A stretch of 64,000 nucleotides of DNA. Origin: Minisyncoccia bacterium (GTDB lineage: Bacteria; Patescibacteriota; Minisyncoccia; Phycocordibacterales; CAJBRS01). Below the pieces are notes generated by a model. It ran no database searches. It was not told where the DNA came from and was given only the letters and a program-made list of their open reading frames with translations. Location of the stretch: NCBI GenBank assembly GCA_038215155.1, contig JBBQRF010000002.1, positions 50,712-114,711 of the forward strand. The letters are read 5' to 3'. Position numbers and translations under genes: made by a program. Below, piece after piece: positions 28,105 through 36,794 of this stretch. The number at the start of each line of letters is the position of its first letter. Position 1 is the stretch's first letter.

Positions 28105-29844
28105 TTGTACATCAATGAAAAACAACTAAAGGAATTTATTTTAGACTCGGGACTCGTAACCCGCAAAGATTTTGACGCTTCAGAAAAAGACGCTAAAGAA
28201 AAGGAAATTAGCATTGGAGAGATCCTAGTTAATAAAGGAAAAATTAATGAAGATGATTTACGGCGAATTCAGGCATATGTTTTAGGTATTCCTTTTGTGG
28301 ATCTTAAAAATCAAAAAGTGGAATTCGAAATTCTCTCTATGATTCCGGAGCCAATTGCCCGAAATCATAACATCGTCGCTTTCAAGGTTACCCCGACAGA
28401 TCTGGAAGTAGCCATGCTAGATACTGACGATTTAAGTGCCATTGAGTTCATAAAAAAGAAAGTGGGACTTCGGATATTACCCCGGCTGACAAATACCGAA
28501 TCTATGAAGGCAGTTCTTCTTCAATACCAAAAATCACTTAAAGCAGATTTCGGTGATTTAATTCAAAAAGAAGCCAGTGCTTTGAATGCTGCAGGTGAAG
28601 GTCAAAGCGAAGCTGATTTAAAAAAGATTGCTCAAGATTTACCCGTCGTTCGTATAGTGGACACTCTTTTAAAACACGCCATTCTTCAAAACTCTTCCGA
28701 CATTCATATTGAACCACAAGAAAACGAAGTGTTAGTGCGTTATCGAATTGACGGTTTACTTCATGACGCTATGGTCTTGCCAAAAAACGCCGGCGCCAGT
28801 ATCACAGCAAGAATTAAAGTGTTATCCAATTTAAAATTGGATGAAAAACGCCTACCTCAAGATGGTCGTTTCAAAATTGACATGAATAACGAGAAAGTTT
28901 CTTTCCGTGTCTCTATCCTACCGACTTATTACGGAGAGAAAACTGTTATGCGTCTTTTACGAGAAAGTGTTTCTGGCTTTACCCTAGAGAGTTTAGGATT
29001 TCATGGCGCCGCTCTGGAGTTAATTCATGAAGGCACTCAATTGGCGACAGGCATGATCTTGACTACTGGTCCTACTGGTTCGGGAAAGACCACCACTCTG
29101 TATACAATTCTGGATATTTTAAATACTCCTGATGTTAATATTTCTACTATTGAGGATCCGGTTGAATATCAAATGAAGCGAATTAATCAAAGTCAGGTGA
29201 AGCCTGAGATAGGCTTCACCTTCTCTAGCGGTTTGCGCTCATTGGTGCGACAAGACCCCGATATTATTATGGTGGGAGAAATTCGTGACAATGAAACGGC
29301 CTCTCTTGCCATTAACGCTGCATTAACTGGTCACTTAGTGCTTTCTACCCTGCACACTAATAGCGCCGCTGGCGCCATTCCGAGACTTTTAGATATGGGG
29401 TCGGAGCCATTTCTTCTTGTCTCCACTCTCAATATTGTAATTGCTCAACGATTGATTCGCCGACTGACTCCGACAAAAGTAAAATATTTTTTATCGAAAG
29501 ATGAATTTAACAGCATTGCCAAAAAAATTAATTTAGATCGAGTACTGAAAGCTCTGAAAGAAGAAAAAATAGTAGAGGCAAATGCTACTTGGGAAAAAAT
29601 TCCATTTTATAAAGCCGTACCTTCTTCTGAATCAGATGACGGATATAAAAGTCGAGTGGGCATTCACGAAGCCTTAAAAGTTACTGCCACTATTAAAGAT
29701 TTAATTATTAAAGGTGCCACGTCTGCCGCTATTGAAGAGCAAGCAAAGAAGGAGGGAATGCTAACCATGATTGAAGACGGGGTCTTTCAATGTGTTCAAG
29801 GTATTACTACTGTTGAGGAGGTCCTGCGAGTGATAACAGAATAA
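28105..29844 (+). CDS. pilB: Type IV pilus/T2SS assembly ATPase (GspE/PilB family)
   Basis: N-terminal GSPII domain, Walker A GPTGSGKTTT, Walker B/Asp box, and His box. Confidence 0.92.
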   Translation: MYINEKQLKEFILDSGLVTRKDFDASEKDAKEKEISIGEILVNKGKINEDDLRRIQAYVLGIPFVDLKNQKVEFEILSMIPEPIARNHNIVAFKVTPTDLEVAMLDTDDLSAIEFIKKKVGLRILPRLTNTESMKAVLLQYQKSLKADFGDLIQKEASALNAAGEGQSEADLKKIAQDLPVVRIVDTLLKHAILQNSSDIHIEPQENEVLVRYRIDGLLHDAMVLPKNAGASITARIKVLSNLKLDEKRLPQDGRFKIDMNNEKVSFRVSILPTYYGEKTVMRLLRESVSGFTLESLGFHGAALELIHEGTQLATGMILTTGPTGSGKTTTLYTILDILNTPDVNISTIEDPVEYQMKRINQSQVKPEIGFTFSSGLRSLVRQDPDIIMVGEIRDNETASLAINAALTGHLVLSTLHTNSAAGAIPRLLDMGSEPFLLVSTLNIVIAQRLIRRLTPTKVKYFLSKDEFNSIAKKINLDRVLKALKEEKIVEANATWEKIPFYKAVPSSESDDGYKSRVGIHEALKVTATIKDLIIKGATSAAIEEQAKKEGMLTMIEDGVFQCVQGITTVEEVLRVITE

Positions 29845-29845
29845 A

Positions 29846-31060
29846 ATGAAATTTAAATACTCCGCCATAAATAAAGATGGGAAGGTCTATCAAGGCGTGA
29901 AGGAGTCACCTGATAAGTTTACTTTTTACCGGGATCTGAAAAAAGATGGAGAACAGATGCTCTGGGTTAAAGAGCAGAATAGTAAAATTCATTTTACGGA
30001 ACATTTCAATATTAGTTTATTCGGTCGAATTAAAGATCGAGACAAGATTAACTTTGCCCAAAATTTATCTGGTATGTTGCAGGCCGGCCTGCCCCTCTCT
30101 CGAGCCCTTTCAGTGCTCGAGAGGCAGACTAAAAACAAGAATCTGAAGGGAACTTACAAGGCATTAAATGTCGCTATCAGCGAAGGAAAAACCTTTCACC
30201 AAGCGATGTCTGAATTCCCAAAAGTATTTAACACACTTTTTGTTTCGATGGTGAAAGCGGGAGAAGAGGGAGGAAACTTATCTGGTTCTTTAAAACAAAT
30301 TGGTCTTCAAACTGAGAAGACCTATCAAATTAAGAAGAAAGTAAAAGGGGCCATGATGTATCCCGGCATCATTGTGGGTGTGATGATTTTAATTGGAGTA
30401 TTGATGATGATTTATGTGGTGCCAAGTCTCACCGCTACTTTTCAAAGTCTTAATTCTCCGCTTCCCGCTAGCACTAAATTCATCATCGGCTTGAGCAATT
30501 TTCTGAAGAATAACTATATTTTGGCGGCACTGATTGTTCTTGTACTTGGTTTTTCCTTTTATTTCATTGCTAAGACAAAAAAAGGAAAGCGCTCAATTGA
30601 TTTTGTATCACTTCACATTCCCGTCATTTCCTCCATCATAAAGGAAACTAATGCTGCTCGCACCACCCGCACCCTCTCTTCACTCCTTAGTTCCGGGGTG
30701 GATCTTGTTTTGGCCACTCAAATTACAGGAGAAGTAATGCAGAATTCTTATTATAAAGATGTTCTCGACCGCGCAGTAAAATATGTGGAAAAAGGGCAAC
30801 CCTTATCTAGCTTATTTTTAGAGAAAGCAAATCTATACCCCGTTTTTGTGGGCGAAATGATAAGTGTAGGGGAAGAAACGGGACGATTGTCTGACATGTT
30901 GCTTCAAATTGCCGATTTTTATGAAGAAGATGTGGAGCAAAAGACTAAAGATATGTCCACTATCATTGAACCTTTTCTGATGGTATTTATTGGAGTGGCT
31001 GTCGGTTTTTTTGCCATTTCCATGATCACTCCTCTTTATTCGGTGATGAATAATATATGA
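29846..31060 (+). CDS. pilC: Type IV pilus/T2SS inner-membrane platform protein (GspF/PilC family)
   Basis: Two GspF repeats, three TM segments, about 400 aa. Immediately follows pilB. Confidence 0.9.
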   Translation: MKFKYSAINKDGKVYQGVKESPDKFTFYRDLKKDGEQMLWVKEQNSKIHFTEHFNISLFGRIKDRDKINFAQNLSGMLQAGLPLSRALSVLERQTKNKNLKGTYKALNVAISEGKTFHQAMSEFPKVFNTLFVSMVKAGEEGGNLSGSLKQIGLQTEKTYQIKKKVKGAMMYPGIIVGVMILIGVLMMIYVVPSLTATFQSLNSPLPASTKFIIGLSNFLKNNYILAALIVLVLGFSFYFIAKTKKGKRSIDFVSLHIPVISSIIKETNAARTTRTLSSLLSSGVDLVLATQITGEVMQNSYYKDVLDRAVKYVEKGQPLSSLFLEKANLYPVFVGEMISVGEETGRLSDMLLQIADFYEEDVEQKTKDMSTIIEPFLMVFIGVAVGFFAISMITPLYSVMNNI

Positions 31061-31512
31061 AAAAAGGTTTTACTCTCATCGAGATAATAGTAGCTATTTT
31101 TATTATCTCCGCCTTGGTGGGAATTAGTTTTAGCTCACTCAATAATTTAAATAATTCATCCGCTCTTGATACGGAAACTAACACAATCCTTTCTATGGTT
31201 GAGCGAGCTCGAGCCCGCACCCTTTCTTCGGAGAATGACATCGAATACGGAATTCACTTTGCTTCTACCACGGCCGTTCTATTTGTGGGGAAAACTTATA
31301 CCGTAGGCTCCTCCACTAACGAGACTGAAACGATTAATTCTAAAGTTAAAGTAAACAGTATTAATTTTAGTAGTGGAGTGAAGGATATTTACTTCTATCG
31401 ATTGAGTGGAAAGCCTAGTGCCACAGGTACGGTAGTTTTTAGTTTAGCTTCTAATAGCTTCAGCACTAAAACTCTAACAGTTTACGCCACCGGAATTAGC
31501 GACATAAAATGA
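31057..31512 (+). CDS. Prepilin-type N-terminal cleavage/methylation domain protein (pseudopilin/minor pilin)
   Basis: MKKGFTLIEIIVAIFII class III signal (G|FTLIE). Confidence 0.85.
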   Translation: MKKGFTLIEIIVAIFIISALVGISFSSLNNLNNSSALDTETNTILSMVERARARTLSSENDIEYGIHFASTTAVLFVGKTYTVGSSTNETETINSKVKVNSINFSSGVKDIYFYRLSGKPSATGTVVFSLASNSFSTKTLTVYATGISDIK

Positions 31513-31997
31513 AAAAAGGATTTTATAAAAAAGGTTTTTCGCTTATAGAAGTTATTGTAGCTAGCTCCATTATTGCTGTTTCTGTAATTAGTATTTTAGC
31601 CGTATACACCACCTTTCTTCGAAATACTTTTGACAACACCGCCTCTCTCCAAGCTTCATATTTAGCTGAAGAAGGAATAGAGGCGGCGAAATCTATGAGA
31701 GATTTTGGCTGGAATCAAAATATTAACCCTTTGACCGTCGGCACTAATTACTATCCATATTTTAATACTGGAGCAAATAAATGGCAGGCTACCTCAAGCT
31801 CCAGTACCATAGACGCGACTTTTACCCGTACTTTTAAAGTGGATAATGCCTATCGAGATGCCAGTGATAATTTAGTTACTTCCGGAACGCTTGATTCCAA
31901 TAGCCGCCTACTAACGGTCAATGTTACTTGGGTTCAGGGCACTAGCACAAAAACTAAAACGCTTCAAACTTATCTCACTAATTTATACAATAATTAA
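31509..31997 (+). CDS. Prepilin-type N-terminal cleavage/methylation domain protein
   Basis: KKGFSLIEVIVASSIIAVS. Confidence 0.85.
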   Translation: MKKGFYKKGFSLIEVIVASSIIAVSVISILAVYTTFLRNTFDNTASLQASYLAEEGIEAAKSMRDFGWNQNINPLTVGTNYYPYFNTGANKWQATSSSSTIDATFTRTFKVDNAYRDASDNLVTSGTLDSNSRLLTVNVTWVQGTSTKTKTLQTYLTNLYNN

Positions 31998-32000
31998 TTT

Positions 32001-32516
32001 ATGCAGAGCCGGTCCACAACAAAAGGGTTTTCTTTAATAGAGATGTTAGTTTACGTTGCCCTACTTAGCATTTTGCTTTTAGTAGTTATTAATAGTGTTA
32101 TTCTAATTATAAACTCATATAGAAATATTAAGACAACGGAAGTGTTGGAAAATGCCGGGTTAACCGCTATGGATAGATTAGAAGCAGAGATTCGAAATGC
32201 AAAAAGCATCGACGCGACAAATAGCGTATTTAATTCAAGTGGCACATCTAGTATTTTGACTCTTAATACTTCCACCACTACGCCAGCGAAGGTGAAATTT
32301 TATGCTACCTCCACTACTTTGGCGGTGGACGAAGACGGAGTATATAGTGGGCCGCTCATTTCCTCCAATGCTCGCCTAAAAACCCTGAGTCTCTGGCTCA
32401 TCAGTACCTCTACTTCACAAGCGGTAAAAATAGAGCTGGAAGTTGAAAGTGGAGTAGGTCCTTCTTATAAATCAGCGAAGTTTTATGACACAGCCATTTT
32501 AAGAGGAAGTTATTAA
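32001..32516 (+). CDS. Prepilin-type N-terminal cleavage/methylation domain protein
   Basis: TKGFSLIEMLVYVALLSILLLV. Confidence 0.85.
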   Translation: MQSRSTTKGFSLIEMLVYVALLSILLLVVINSVILIINSYRNIKTTEVLENAGLTAMDRLEAEIRNAKSIDATNSVFNSSGTSSILTLNTSTTTPAKVKFYATSTTLAVDEDGVYSGPLISSNARLKTLSLWLISTSTSQAVKIELEVESGVGPSYKSAKFYDTAILRGSY

Positions 32517-32520
32517 AATT

Positions 32521-34431
32521 ATGAAATTCATAAAGTCTATAAAGTCTATAAAGTCTATAAAGTCTATAAAGTCTATAAAGAATGGGTATTTTCAGTTTGG
32601 GAAAATAATGACATTACGGACGTTAAAACCTTACGGACGATACAATCAAAATGGCGGACAAGCTATGCTTATTGCGGTGATTTTCTTCTTATTTATTAGC
32701 CTTACTATTATTCTCGGCATTACAGTCCCTGTAGTAAATCACATTAAAGAAGTCACTCTATCGAGCAACTCTAAACAAAGTTATGTTCTTGCTGAAGCAC
32801 TTAATGAGGACGCTTACTATCGACTCAATCACAATAAAAATCTCTCTAGCACTTTCAGTCTTTCTTTAAATGGCGCCTCTTCTACCGCCACTGTCACCAC
32901 TAGCGGCCCCAATAAACAAGTTTTCTCTGTAGGATTGGATAATAAAATTAGTCGCTCCGTCAGTACTACTTTTAATCAAGGAGCAGGAGTTTCTTTTAAT
33001 TACGGAGTCCAGGCAGGACAGGGAGGATTCATTTTAAATGGTGGATCCAGAGTAAATGGAAATGTTTATGCAAATGGAGACATCGTAGCCACGAACGGAG
33101 TAGTTATTACCGGCTCTGCTGTCGCCGCTAATAGTGTGGCTCTCTCAGCCGATCAGGTTAATAATTCTCCGAGCACTCCATCAAGCTCCATAAATTTTCG
33201 TGATTCTGCTACCACTCAGGACCTTGCACAGAGTTTTCAAGTTTCCACTTCCACTCCGATCAATAAAGTTCAATTTTATTTGAAGAAAACAGGAAGCCCC
33301 GCTGATGCCACGGTTAAAATTGTCAGTGATAGCAGTGGTTCACCTTCTACCAACGATTTATTTCTCTTGGCGCCTAGTGGCAGCGACGGCACTCTCTTAA
33401 GTTCTCAAGTTGGAACTACTTATACTTGGGTAAATGTAGTTTTTCCCACAAACATTTCTCTTACGGCCGGCACTACGTATTGGTTAGTAATTGATAATGG
33501 TGCTAATAACGCTAGTAATTACTACACTATAGGAGCAAACAGTAATGGCTATGCAAATGGAGTAGGGAGGAATGGAAAATACAGCGGCACTTGGAATGCC
33601 TCAAGCGGACTAGATGCCTACTTTCAGATTTATTTAGGAGGATTGACTTCTACTATTGGTGGAAACACTTATGTGGGAGGAGTGAATGTAGGTACCGGTT
33701 CGGTGGGCGACGCCTGGGCCCATGATGTAGAAGGAGCCAGTGTGGCTGGCACTATTTATTGCCAAATAGGTAATCATAATAATAAAACTTGCGATACCTC
33801 TCGAGGAGACCCCTCTCCAGTAGGCCTTCCTGTTTCAGATGCCAATATTCTCCAATGGAAAACAGATGCGGCCGGCGGCACCATTATTAATGGAAATGTC
33901 ACCATTGGCTTTGCTGGAACGACGACTGGTCCTACAAAAATTAATGGCAATCTTACTATTAACGGCGGAGGCACTCTTACTTTGACAGGAGGGGTGTGGG
34001 TAACAGGAAATATCACTGTCTCCAATGGCGCTAAGGTCACCCTATCTCCATCATATGGAGCAAGCAGTGGAATTTTACTCTCCGATGGATGGATAAATTT
34101 AACCGGAGGGGGAGCGTTGAGCGGTTCGGGCACCACGGGCAGTTATTTAATGGTTCTTACGACTAGCGCCTGTCCCAACAGCGGCAATTGTAGTGGCTCC
34201 CCGAGCAATAACGCCCTCACAGTTACTGGGGGTGCGGGAGCGGTGGTAGTAAATGCTCAGAATGGCACCCTGGAACTTAGTGGAGGTTCAGGTCTCAAAG
34301 AAGCCACAGCCAATCTAATTGTAGATACTGGGGGAGCCACCCTCACTTACGATAGCGGTCTAGCTAATCAGAATTTTGTTAGCGGTCCATCTGGAGCTTG
34401 GAATGTAGCAAGTTGGCAGGAGGTGCCGTAG
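32521..34431 (+). CDS. Large pilus-associated protein (PilX/PilY1-like tip or adhesin candidate). TM anchor, then Gly/Thr/Asn-rich beta-helix-like repeats. The true start is possibly at 32605 (MTLRTLK) or 32662 (MLIAVIFF).
   Basis: Follows three pseudopilin genes. TM helix LIAVIFFLFISLTIILGI. Repeats such as INGNLTINGGGTLTLTGGVWVTGNITVSNGAKVTL. Confidence 0.6.
   Translation: MKFIKSIKSIKSIKSIKSIKNGYFQFGKIMTLRTLKPYGRYNQNGGQAMLIAVIFFLFISLTIILGITVPVVNHIKEVTLSSNSKQSYVLAEALNEDAYYRLNHNKNLSSTFSLSLNGASSTATVTTSGPNKQVFSVGLDNKISRSVSTTFNQGAGVSFNYGVQAGQGGFILNGGSRVNGNVYANGDIVATNGVVITGSAVAANSVALSADQVNNSPSTPSSSINFRDSATTQDLAQSFQVSTSTPINKVQFYLKKTGSPADATVKIVSDSSGSPSTNDLFLLAPSGSDGTLLSSQVGTTYTWVNVVFPTNISLTAGTTYWLVIDNGANNASNYYTIGANSNGYANGVGRNGKYSGTWNASSGLDAYFQIYLGGLTSTIGGNTYVGGVNVGTGSVGDAWAHDVEGASVAGTIYCQIGNHNNKTCDTSRGDPSPVGLPVSDANILQWKTDAAGGTIINGNVTIGFAGTTTGPTKINGNLTINGGGTLTLTGGVWVTGNITVSNGAKVTLSPSYGASSGILLSDGWINLTGGGALSGSGTTGSYLMVLTTSACPNSGNCSGSPSNNALTVTGGAGAVVVNAQNGTLELSGGSGLKEATANLIVDTGGATLTYDSGLANQNFVSGPSGAWNVASWQEVP
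32530..32580 (+). repeat. Perfect tandem repeat (ATAAAGTCT) x5.7
   Basis: ataaagtct repeated five times plus ataaag. It lies at the annotated 5' end (IKS x5) of the large pilus gene, or in its leader if translation starts at M29 or M48. Confidence 0.95.
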
Positions 34432-34472
34432 GGCTGACTTCCTGTGTTATAATTTAGCTCTTAAATATTTCT

Positions 34473-35228
34473 ATGGCGCGCCGCAAAAAAATCATTGTCG
34501 GAAATTGGAAGATGAATCCAGTTTCTTTGCGCGAAGCAGTGAAAATTTTTAGTAACATTAAAAAAACTGCCAACCGTCTTGATACAGAAATTGTTATTTG
34601 TCCTCCGTTTATATATTTAAACGATCTTACTCAGGGGCGATTAAAATTGGGAGCACAAGACGTCTCCGCAGAGAACAAGGGCTCTCATACTGGAGAAGTA
34701 AGTGCCGAAATGCTTTTTAAAAACAATGTTAAGTATGTGATTGTCGGTCATTCGGAGAGAAGAGCCAAAGGAGAAACCGATGAATTAATTAATAAGAAAA
34801 TTGAACAGGCACTTTCTTTTGGATTAAAAATTATTCTCTGTATTGGAGAGTCACAACGAGACGAAGGAGGAGAATATTTAACTTTTTTGAAAGACCAACT
34901 AAAAAATTGTTTACGGCGGATTAACCGCAAATACCTACGTAATATAGTTGTGGCATACGAACCACTTTTTACTATTGGGCGCCGGGATTTTGACGCCATG
35001 TCTCCTCATGATATTCATCAGATAGTAATTCTCATTCGCCGCAGCTTAATTGATCATTTCAATGATCCGGTTGCCGGAAAGGTGCCGATTTTATATGGAG
35101 GGTCTGTCAGTGTGGAAAATGCTGTGGAAATTGTTAGTGGAGGAGAAGTTAACGGTTTGTTAATTGGCCGACAGAGTCTACTGCCCACACAATTTGCCGA
35201 AATTATTAGAAAAGTAGCACGAATATGA
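34473..35228 (+). CDS. tpiA: Triosephosphate isomerase
   Basis: IVGNWKMN, ...VGHSERR..., and ...AYEPLFTIG (AYEPVWAIG). Confidence 0.93.
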   Translation: MARRKKIIVGNWKMNPVSLREAVKIFSNIKKTANRLDTEIVICPPFIYLNDLTQGRLKLGAQDVSAENKGSHTGEVSAEMLFKNNVKYVIVGHSERRAKGETDELINKKIEQALSFGLKIILCIGESQRDEGGEYLTFLKDQLKNCLRRINRKYLRNIVVAYEPLFTIGRRDFDAMSPHDIHQIVILIRRSLIDHFNDPVAGKVPILYGGSVSVENAVEIVSGGEVNGLLIGRQSLLPTQFAEIIRKVARI

Positions 35229-36358
35229 TATCAGGGATTAAGGGACTGAAAGAAGCTGGAGAATTAAAAGGAAAGAAAGTTATTGCCCGACTTGATCTAA
35301 ATGTGCCCATTGAGGATGGGCGGATTACAGATGACTTTCGTATTTTAAAATTGCTGCCTACCTTAGAATATTTGCGTCAAGAAGGCGCTATCTCCCTAGT
35401 TATTAGTCATCTAGATGCCAAGGATGAATCAATGAAGACAGTGGCTGATTATTTAGAGAAGAGATTTCCAGTGATTTTTATTACTGATATCTTGGGCGAC
35501 GAGGCGAAGAGTAGAATTGCTGAGGCAAGAGATGGGGAGGTGATCTTATTTGAAAATATTAGAAAATATCCCGAAGAAGAGAAAAATGACCGGCAATTTG
35601 CAGAGCAAATTGCCTCTCTCGGCGATCTTTATCTTAATGAAGCTTTTCCAGTTTCTCATCGGGAGCATGCTTCAGTTGTGGGTATTCCACAATTCTTACC
35701 TCACTATGCGGGATTCCAACTAGAAAAAGAAATTGAAGAGCTTTCAAAAAGTGATAACCCCGAACATCCTTTTTTATTTATTTTAGGTGGTGCTAAATTC
35801 GACACTAAGTTGCCTTTAATTGAGAAATTCTTAAATAAGGCCGACTATTGTTTTGTGGCCGGAGCTTTATCTAATGATTTTTTTCGCGCCAAGGGCTGGG
35901 ATGTAGGAACTTCTCTTGTTGATAACACTGACTTCGATCGAAGCCTATTAGAAAATTCAAAGCTAATTCTACCGGAGGAAGTTTTAGTGAAAAGTAGTCA
36001 AGGAATTTTAGCTAAATCCCCCGCAGAATTAAATCCTGACGATAAAATCGTGGATGCGGGTCCAGCCACTATTGCGAAGTTACAAAAGTTAATTCAGAAA
36101 TCTAAAATGATCCTTTGGAATGGTCCACTTGGTTATTATGAAGATGGATTTGATCAACCGACTAAAGATTTGGCGGGGATGATTGCTGAGCGAACAAAAG
36201 AAGGCGCCGCCGTCTCTATCATTGGCGGCGGCGACACTGTCGCCGCCATAGAGTCGCTCGGTTTAGAGAATCAATTTACTTTTGTCTCAACCGGAGGCGG
36301 AGCAATGCTAGATTTTCTACTTTGCGACACCTTGCCGGGCATTGAAGCGCTTAAGTAA
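35225..36358 (+). CDS. pgk: Phosphoglycerate kinase
   Basis: RLDLNVP...N-terminal motif, GGGA...hinge, C-terminal GGGDT. Confidence 0.93.
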   Translation: MISGIKGLKEAGELKGKKVIARLDLNVPIEDGRITDDFRILKLLPTLEYLRQEGAISLVISHLDAKDESMKTVADYLEKRFPVIFITDILGDEAKSRIAEARDGEVILFENIRKYPEEEKNDRQFAEQIASLGDLYLNEAFPVSHREHASVVGIPQFLPHYAGFQLEKEIEELSKSDNPEHPFLFILGGAKFDTKLPLIEKFLNKADYCFVAGALSNDFFRAKGWDVGTSLVDNTDFDRSLLENSKLILPEEVLVKSSQGILAKSPAELNPDDKIVDAGPATIAKLQKLIQKSKMILWNGPLGYYEDGFDQPTKDLAGMIAERTKEGAAVSIIGGGDTVAAIESLGLENQFTFVSTGGGAMLDFLLCDTLPGIEALK

Positions 36359-36764
36359 TCTCTTTTCTAATTTTCTCTGCCACTTCTTTCATTTCCCCTT
36401 CTTTGTATTGAACGTGACGCCCAAAATGAAAGTCTTTATCATTAATTAATCGAGGGATAATATGAATGTGAGCATGATAAACCAATTGTCCTGCGCCGGC
36501 TTCATTATTCATAACTAAATTAATACCATCTGCATCTAGCCCATGCTTTAGTGCCGTAGCCACCTTTTTAACCGAGATCATTAATCGACAGAGTTCTTCG
36601 TCGGGGAGAGTGTATAAATTTTCAAAATGATCCTTAGGAATAACTAGAGCATGGCCGGATGAACTAGGCTTAATATCTAAAAAACTAAAGGAATAGTCAT
36701 CCTCGTAGATTTTTTCTGAAGGGATTTCTCCTTTTATGATTTTGCAAAAAATGCAGTCTTCCAT
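36351..36764 (-). CDS. HIT family (histidine triad) hydrolase
   Basis: CIFCKI N-terminus and HAHIHIIPR triad. Confidence 0.9.
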   Translation of the reverse strand: MEDCIFCKIIKGEIPSEKIYEDDYSFSFLDIKPSSSGHALVIPKDHFENLYTLPDEELCRLMISVKKVATALKHGLDADGINLVMNNEAGAGQLVYHAHIHIIPRLINDKDFHFGRHVQYKEGEMKEVAEKIRKEIT

Positions 36765-36794
36765 GCTGAAAGTATATGTTAGAATAGTCCCAAA

